From the NCBI GenBank assembly GCA_034408725.1, contig JAWXCN010000152.1:5709-69708 (forward strand): a DNA stretch of 64,000 nt, given 5' to 3'. This document shows positions 58,408-64,000 of the stretch, in pieces. The notes under the pieces were generated by a model that saw nothing but the letters and a program-made list of their open reading frames with translations, did no database searches and had not been told where the DNA came from. Within the stretch, counting starts at the first letter, position 1, and each line of letters starts with the position of its first letter. Source of the stretch: Candidatus Hydrogenedentota bacterium. Lineage in GTDB: Bacteria > Hydrogenedentota > Hydrogenedentia > Hydrogenedentales > SLHB01. Position numbers and translations under genes: made by a program.

Positions 58408-61400
58408 TCATTGTATGTGGACACGGAGTTCATGGATGGACCACCACAGATCGTCCGCCTCTCCCGATTGTTCGATGCGGAGGTATCGCGCGCGTTGCGG
58501 TGCAAATTTAATCTCTGTGACGAAACTGCTGCCTTGACCGCTTGCGACGGGTTCTCCCCATGCCGCAGCGTCTTGCGACATCAACACCTTGTATTCGCGT
58601 GGGTAATCTCCAGGCGATGCACCCGTGTCCAACGTAATCCCCGAGACATCTGCCATGTATCCCAGATCGATTACGAGCCATTGCCCGGCTTTCTGCCGTT
58701 CACGCGTGGTCCAACGGGTAGTGGGATTCCCATCGTGCGCCAGCCCAAGTTCTTCGGAGTTATGCGATGCCGTGAAGGAGATCGACGCAGTGCGCAAGTG
58801 CTCGAGGGTCAGCGCGGCTTCCTGCTTCACGGCCGGGTCTTCGGCATAGGGCAGCACGACGGCGGCAAGCCTGGGGTCACGCTGATTCGCAATGCTCGCA
58901 AACACGACCTTGCGTTCATCACCAGTTCGCGCAGCAATAAGCGCGGCGCCGTATTGTTCGGGGAGGTCGCCGTCGTTCTGTGGCATCTCGATCATTCGAA
59001 GATAGCCTCTAAGTGCAATGTCGCGTAATGGCGCTTCTTCTGTAGTCCTCGCGAGTTCCAACAAGTCCGTGATGGATGCGTTGGTTTCCCATTCGGCGAG
59101 CGCGCGCACGGCGGTTGCGCGAACCTCCGGGTTCTTGAGATCGGTTGCCGCCCGCAATGCGTCCAGCGTGGTTGGATCGTTAATTTTTCCCAAAACACGC
59201 AACATCGAGCAATAGCCGGGGATGCCTTGCTTCACTTCCGGCAATACTGCCAGCGCTATGGCCGCGCTCTCGACGGGATTCGCGCTCCTATCCAGAAGCG
59301 CGATGACTGCCTTCTCCGCTTCGACGCGCGCGGCATCGCTTTGTTCCGCTGCAAGCATCCCAATAATTGGCTGTAATTGGTCGGGCGACGCAAGTTTTGC
59401 AAGCGTGGTATACAGTTCAGCACGGACAGTTTCATCGGGATCGTTTGCGCTGCCCAGCAACGCCGATACGGCAGCCCGGGCATTTCGCGCGCCAAGCGTG
59501 CGTACCAGTTCGCGTCGCACGGACGAATCAGCCGGCGCCAGCGCCGCGACTATGGAATTATCAACATCAACGCCGCGTAGTCTTGCTAGGCTGGCACGCG
59601 CGATTGGCGCCAAATCGTCGTCTGCCTTTGCCGCAAGATTCCCAAGCAGCGCCACACTGGAAGCATTTCCAAGCGCACCCAATGCAGCGACCGCCGCGCG
59701 CACTACGGCGGGATCGGCGTGTTGCACCGCGGCATTGACGGCGTCAAGCGCGACAGGTTCGCCACGGTCCTCGAGTGCGTTGATGAGCAGTATTTGCGCT
59801 GGCGCTGACAGTTCAGCCAGGGCGTCAGCAAGAGATTCTGATGCAGCCTCGCCCGGCAAACTTCGCGCTGCGGTGGCGGCACCGGCCTGAACGGTCGCTT
59901 CAGGACTTTTCAACGCGTCGATGATTCGCGGCGTTGCGCGGGCTGAATCTGTCGTAGCCAGGCCCTGCAACGCGGCAACTTGGCAACGCACGGAGGGCGC
60001 GAGTTCGAGCATGTGTGTATACAGTTCAGCCGCGGCAGCGCGCTCACCTCGAGCTTCTCGCGAAAGCGCGGCGCCCACGCATGCCGCTATCAATGTAGGA
60101 GATGATTCGGAAGTCGCAACCGCGAGCGCGGACAACAACGCTTTTTCCGCGTCTGCGCCGCCGATCTTTCCGAGGGCGGTTTGTGCAGCCTCGGCAAGCG
60201 CGGAATCGTCGTGACGCGCGAAAGGGGCGATGAGCATAAGCGATTCTTTATCGCGGCGTTCGCCCAAGGAATTGATAATGCCGATGCGGGCCAGGCCTTC
60301 GGAGAGGGGTAATGCCGCGCGCAAGGCCGCTGCCGCGGCGGGTGTGTCCAGCCGTTCAAGGACATAGCGCGCTTCATTGGCAGTATCGGGCGATGCCAAC
60401 AGCGCCGCGAACTTCGGTACAGCCTCGTCCGTCGCGCATAGGCGTAGAAGAGCCACCACGAGCCGGCGCGCATCCGGTGTGGGATTCGATTCCAATACGG
60501 CCAACAGCCTGCGCTCATACACGGAGCGCATTTCGGTATCTTCATGCGAACTGATAATCCAATCGTGAATAAGTTTCGGAACAGACGCATCCTGGCCATT
60601 TTGGTACTGAGCGATATCCTTGAATGCCTCATCAACAAGAATCTGCAAACCCGCCGCGCGGGATTGTTCACGTTGTTCCGGCGGCAACAAATTGCTGGGG
60701 GTCGCATCCGCGGGGAGATCGCCGATGGCGAACTGTATTCCATCCAGGTAATGTTGAAGCACGGTGGCATTCCAATAGGTGCTTTCATTGTGGCCAAGGG
60801 AACAATAAAACACGCGCCCCTGTCCGTAATGTTGTATCCACGAGATCGGATAGTCGTTGTCCGCGCGTTTGAGGCCGCCTTTGTCCATGTCGGTCTTTTC
60901 CACATTCAGACTGACGAGCACGCGAACCTTGTCACGCGAATACGGCTGTGGCTTAAACTGATAGATTTCGTCCGTGATCGAAAATTCGCGCCCTTTGAAC
61001 ATGGCCGTAAGCGGGTGCGCGGGATCATCAAGCGCGCAGATAACGGAATCGCCCCCTCCCCAGGGATGACCATCAAAATAGCCGCCCATCATCGCGCCAT
61101 ATTCTGGCCAGTCATAAAAACAATCTGTCGCGGCATGGATGCCGACGAGGCCTTTTCCGCCTTTGACGAAATCAACCAGCGATTTTCGCAAGGCGGCGTC
61201 CTCAAACAGTTCGCCGGTCGTGTTGAGCATGCAGACAGCGTGAAATTGCGCAAGATTCTCGGGTGCGAACACTGCCGGGTCATCGGAAGCAACGACGGAG
61301 TAAGCGCCCGTTTTCAAACCCATTTTTTCCAGAGTCGCAACACCGAGTGGAATGGAGCTGTGCGCGAAGCCCTTGCACAGGGTAAACACCAGCAGCTTGC

Positions 61401-61569
61401 GAGGCGCGCCGGGTACAACAGTGGGTTTGGCGGGAATCGCCGCTTCTACTTTTGCAAGGTCGCCAGGATTCTGCGCGGTGGCGGAGAATGGCTGCGTTAT
61501 GGTCAGCAATGCACACCAAACACTCAGAAAAGCACGCCGCATACGCGATTCCGCTACAGCATCAGACAT
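58408..61569 (-). CDS. ThuA-like domain + HEAT repeats + F5/8 type C (discoidin/CBM32-like) domain, exported
   Basis: N-terminal MRRAFL signal; GFAHSSIP, GGKGLVGIHAATD, GGYFDGHPW, GRVFYCSLGH (ThuA); Ala/Leu-rich HEAT-like helices; DGNPTTRWTT, WLVIDLG, ARYLRI (F5/8C). Confidence 0.85.
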   Translation of the reverse strand: MSDAVAESRMRRAFLSVWCALLTITQPFSATAQNPGDLAKVEAAIPAKPTVVPGAPRKLLVFTLCKGFAHSSIPLGVATLEKMGLKTGAYSVVASDDPAVFAPENLAQFHAVCMLNTTGELFEDAALRKSLVDFVKGGKGLVGIHAATDCFYDWPEYGAMMGGYFDGHPWGGGDSVICALDDPAHPLTAMFKGREFSITDEIYQFKPQPYSRDKVRVLVSLNVEKTDMDKGGLKRADNDYPISWIQHYGQGRVFYCSLGHNESTYWNATVLQHYLDGIQFAIGDLPADATPSNLLPPEQREQSRAAGLQILVDEAFKDIAQYQNGQDASVPKLIHDWIISSHEDTEMRSVYERRLLAVLESNPTPDARRLVVALLRLCATDEAVPKFAALLASPDTANEARYVLERLDTPAAAAALRAALPLSEGLARIGIINSLGERRDKESLMLIAPFARHDDSALAEAAQTALGKIGGADAEKALLSALAVATSESSPTLIAACVGAALSREARGERAAAAELYTHMLELAPSVRCQVAALQGLATTDSARATPRIIDALKSPEATVQAGAATAARSLPGEAASESLADALAELSAPAQILLINALEDRGEPVALDAVNAAVQHADPAVVRAAVAALGALGNASSVALLGNLAAKADDDLAPIARASLARLRGVDVDNSIVAALAPADSSVRRELVRTLGARNARAAVSALLGSANDPDETVRAELYTTLAKLASPDQLQPIIGMLAAEQSDAARVEAEKAVIALLDRSANPVESAAIALAVLPEVKQGIPGYCSMLRVLGKINDPTTLDALRAATDLKNPEVRATAVRALAEWETNASITDLLELARTTEEAPLRDIALRGYLRMIEMPQNDGDLPEQYGAALIAARTGDERKVVFASIANQRDPRLAAVVLPYAEDPAVKQEAALTLEHLRTASISFTASHNSEELGLAHDGNPTTRWTTRERQKAGQWLVIDLGYMADVSGITLDTGASPGDYPREYKVLMSQDAAAWGEPVASGQGSSFVTEIKFAPQRARYLRIEQSGEADDLWWSIHELRVHIQ

Positions 61570-62887
61570 TCAGTTTCCAGGGACTGCGCATGGCTTTCGC
61601 GAGCATTCGGTTTGCCTCGTCATCGCTCACGAAACGCTCATTCGCGGGATCCCATTTCAGCGGCCGTTTGAGATAATAGGCGATGTTGCCGAGGTGGCAC
61701 ACCGTGATCGTGCGCGCGCCAATTTCGACGTCGCAGACGGGCCGGCTGCGCGTTTGAATAGCTCGCAACCAATCGTCATGGTGGTTGTCACTGTTGTAAA
61801 GCTGGATTTCATTCGGGCCCGGAAGTTCTTTGACGAGATGCGCCGGATCGGTTTCGAGATAACCGCGATTCACCATGACACGGCCCAAGTCTCCAATGAA
61901 TTCGACGCCGGCATTTCCGCCGGCCCCGCCACCATGCTGCATCGTCACGCCGTTCGCATATACGTACGTCAGCCGTTCATGCGTGGCATCTGGTGGATAG
62001 ATTTCAACTGGGCCAGTCTCGTCCATACCGAGACCCCATTGCGCAATATCAAAATGGTGCGCGCCCCAATCCGTCATCATGCCGCCGGCATAGTCGCGAT
62101 ACGACCTCCAATTCGGCCACCCGTCATAATCCATGTCGGGCGCGATATCGGAATGATATGGCCGCATCGGCGCGGGGCCAAGCCAAAAATCCCAATCGAG
62201 CCCTTCCGGGGTCGGCTCCGCGGGGAGATAGCATTCTTCAGGCGGACCGCCAACGTTCACGTGTACGGTATGAACTTTACCAATGCGCCCATTCCGCACA
62301 AGTTCGCAAGCGACACGAAAACCGGTCTCCGAGCGTTGCTGGCTTCCAGTTTGGAAAACGACCGCATTGCGCCGGACTGCGTTGGCCATCGCGCGGGCTT
62401 CGTGAATGGTGTGGGACAGGGGCTTTTCGCAGTATATGTCCTTTCCCGCGTTCGCCGCGTCGATCACCTGGAGCGCGTGCCAGTGCTCCGGCGTGGCAAT
62501 GACGACAGCATCGATATCCTCGCGCGCCAGTAGTTCGCGATAATCCTTGCAAGCAACGCAGCCTGTGTATGTCCCTTGCCCCTCTTTTCCGGCGTAATGC
62601 TCATTCACCTGGTTTTTGTATCTCTCGAGTCGCCGCGATTCGACATCGCACACGGCAATTACTTGGCAATTCGCTCGGCCAAGAAACGTTCCGACATGCC
62701 CCCCCATCTGTTTTCCCATGCCGATAAAGCCGATTCCCAGTCGATTGTTCGCCGGCGCCGCGCCTTCAGCGCCCAGCGCGCGGGAGGTGATGATATTGGG
62801 CAAGACTAGGGACACGGTCAGCGCGGCCGAGTCACGCAGAAATGAGCGGCGGTTTGTCCCGCGTGCGTGTGGCGAGTTGGGAGACAT
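61562..62887 (-). CDS. Gfo/Idh/MocA family oxidoreductase with Tat signal
   Basis: NRRSFLR; GFIGMG, DAVVIATPEHWHA, DIYCEKPL, FQTGSQQRS, GMMTDWGAHHFD. Start moved to ATG 62887 (RBS GGAGG). Confidence 0.93.
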   Translation of the reverse strand: MSPNSPHARGTNRRSFLRDSAALTVSLVLPNIITSRALGAEGAAPANNRLGIGFIGMGKQMGGHVGTFLGRANCQVIAVCDVESRRLERYKNQVNEHYAGKEGQGTYTGCVACKDYRELLAREDIDAVVIATPEHWHALQVIDAANAGKDIYCEKPLSHTIHEARAMANAVRRNAVVFQTGSQQRSETGFRVACELVRNGRIGKVHTVHVNVGGPPEECYLPAEPTPEGLDWDFWLGPAPMRPYHSDIAPDMDYDGWPNWRSYRDYAGGMMTDWGAHHFDIAQWGLGMDETGPVEIYPPDATHERLTYVYANGVTMQHGGGAGGNAGVEFIGDLGRVMVNRGYLETDPAHLVKELPGPNEIQLYNSDNHHDDWLRAIQTRSRPVCDVEIGARTITVCHLGNIAYYLKRPLKWDPANERFVSDDEANRMLAKAMRSPWKLNV

Positions 62888-62948
62888 TTGGGGGAACCTC
62901 CAGTGCTGACGTCGAAAACTGGCAACTTTTAACCAAATGAATGGGATT

Positions 62949-62977
62949 AGCGTAATGAAATCAAATCGCCGCCGCAA
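62949..62977 (-). promoter_or_regulatory. Candidate sigma70 promoter for the Gfo/Idh/MocA cluster
   Basis: TTGCGG-17 nt-TACGCT on minus strand. Confidence 0.4.
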
Positions 62978-63021
62978 GTCTGGATAGGCATCGAAACTGC
63001 CGCGCACTATTTGCGGTGGCG

Positions 63022-63999
63022 CTATACAACACCCTGGGTCTTCTCGAGATCAGGGTTGCGCGCTGGAAGAATGATCGTAAATTTAGAACCCTTGCCAAGT
63101 TTCGTTTGCACCGTGATCTCCCCACCGTGCTCGTTCACGATACGTTTGCTGCACGCCAGACCAAGGCCAGTGCCCCGGGAACCTTTTGTGCTACGAAAGG
63201 CTTCAAAAAGATGCGGCATGAATTCCGGGGATATTCCGGCGCCGGTATCCTTCACATCAATATAAATGGAACGGGCGTCAGCATGCGTACGGATAGTCAC
63301 GCGGCCACCCGATTCCTCGCAGGCGTCTATCGCGTTCGTGACCAAATTTAGAATGGAGCGGTAGATGCCGAGTCCGTCAAGAGGAATGCGCGGGACTTCG
63401 CTGCGCACGAGATCAATCGTTACTTTCGACCGCTCCGCGTGGATTTTGAGCGTGTCGGCAATCTCGCCAACCAGCATGTTGACGTCGGTGGGCGTGCGTT
63501 CTGGCTCACGTTCTCGTGAGAACGTGACGAGATTCAGCACGAGGTCTTCCATTCGGTCCGCCGACCGGCGTATGAGCGGCCACCCTTTCTGAATATATTT
63601 AATCTCTTTCGTTTCGAGCGAGAGATCGACAAACTCGGCGCCACCTTTGATGCCGACGAGGATGTTTTTGATGCAATGTCCAATTCCCGCCGTCGCTTGA
63701 CCTATCGCGGCGAGCCGCTCGCGATCAACTGCGTCCTTGTGCAGCCGCGCGTTCTCGACGGCGACACCGGTAACGCGGCCAATCGCAGTGAGCAGTTTAA
63801 GATGCTCCGCCTTGAACAGGATTTCCTCATCACCGGAGTCGGCGTAGATAACACCGACAACAGCTTCCCGGCCACATAATGGCACGCACATTGCCGCCGT
63901 AATGCCATAGTTCACGACGCTGTCCGACCCTTTGAATTCGGTTTGCGCGTCGTGCGTCAGGACCGCGTCGCGATTGTCAAAGACATGATCGATCAGGGT
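63022..63999 (-). CDS. GAF-domain sensor histidine kinase, 5'-truncated by window edge
   Basis: Frame open to the window end (TLIDHVFDNRDAVLTHDA...); MCVPL GAF motif; GIGHCIKNIL phospho-His box, NLVTNAIDA, DTGAGI, GTGLGL. Confidence 0.9.
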   Translation of the reverse strand, partial: TLIDHVFDNRDAVLTHDAQTEFKGSDSVVNYGITAAMCVPLCGREAVVGVIYADSGDEEILFKAEHLKLLTAIGRVTGVAVENARLHKDAVDRERLAAIGQATAGIGHCIKNILVGIKGGAEFVDLSLETKEIKYIQKGWPLIRRSADRMEDLVLNLVTFSREREPERTPTDVNMLVGEIADTLKIHAERSKVTIDLVRSEVPRIPLDGLGIYRSILNLVTNAIDACEESGGRVTIRTHADARSIYIDVKDTGAGISPEFMPHLFEAFRSTKGSRGTGLGLACSKRIVNEHGGEITVQTKLGKGSKFTIILPARNPDLEKTQGVV

Positions 64000-64000
64000 T

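Noticed and set aside
55156-62533. Plus-strand ORFs of 270-410 aa (55156, 57315, 60544, 61352)
   Set aside because: Each lies antisense to a well-supported gene and has no recognisable domain.

Overview
Chromosomal, GC-rich, gene-dense window from a diderm bacterium. The mix of DUF1549/DUF1553, DUF1501, DUF1800, PEP-CTERM, ThuA-HEAT and many Tat-exported enzymes suggests a PVC-like or Candidatus Hydrogenedentes-like lineage (inference only). Left to right: (1) the 3' part of a giant Ig-like repeat surface protein with a C-terminal membrane anchor; (2) a five-gene TPP-enzyme, hydrolase, BASS transporter and two-SDR operon; (3) an AT-rich foreign-looking gene, VOC protein, deacetylase fusion and orphan HicB; (4) a DUF1553 cytochrome c / DUF1501 pair split by an antisense PEP-CTERM gene; (5) RND efflux pair, Dabb lipoprotein, DUF1800/DUF1501; (6) a REP/REPIN-like repeat cluster with a second copy about 24 kb away; (7) aldo/keto reductase and dnaK with a sigma54-type promoter; (8) wecE/rffA, hddA-like kinase, a decayed spermidine-synthase-like fragment, serC, an alkylglycerol-monooxygenase-like desaturase, an epimerase and a DAG-kinase-family gene; (9) four YfhO-like GT-C paralogs around an HDOD-GAF-pseudokinase-REC gene; (10) a seven-gene minus-strand cluster of mostly exported sugar redox/aminotransferase enzymes containing two tandem stand-alone cNMP-binding proteins; (11) a truncated GAF histidine kinase. 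No rRNA, tRNA, CRISPR array, integrase or transposase was recognised. All family calls come from motif recognition by eye, not database searches, and several starts were moved from the ORF track using RBS, overlap and signal-peptide evidence.
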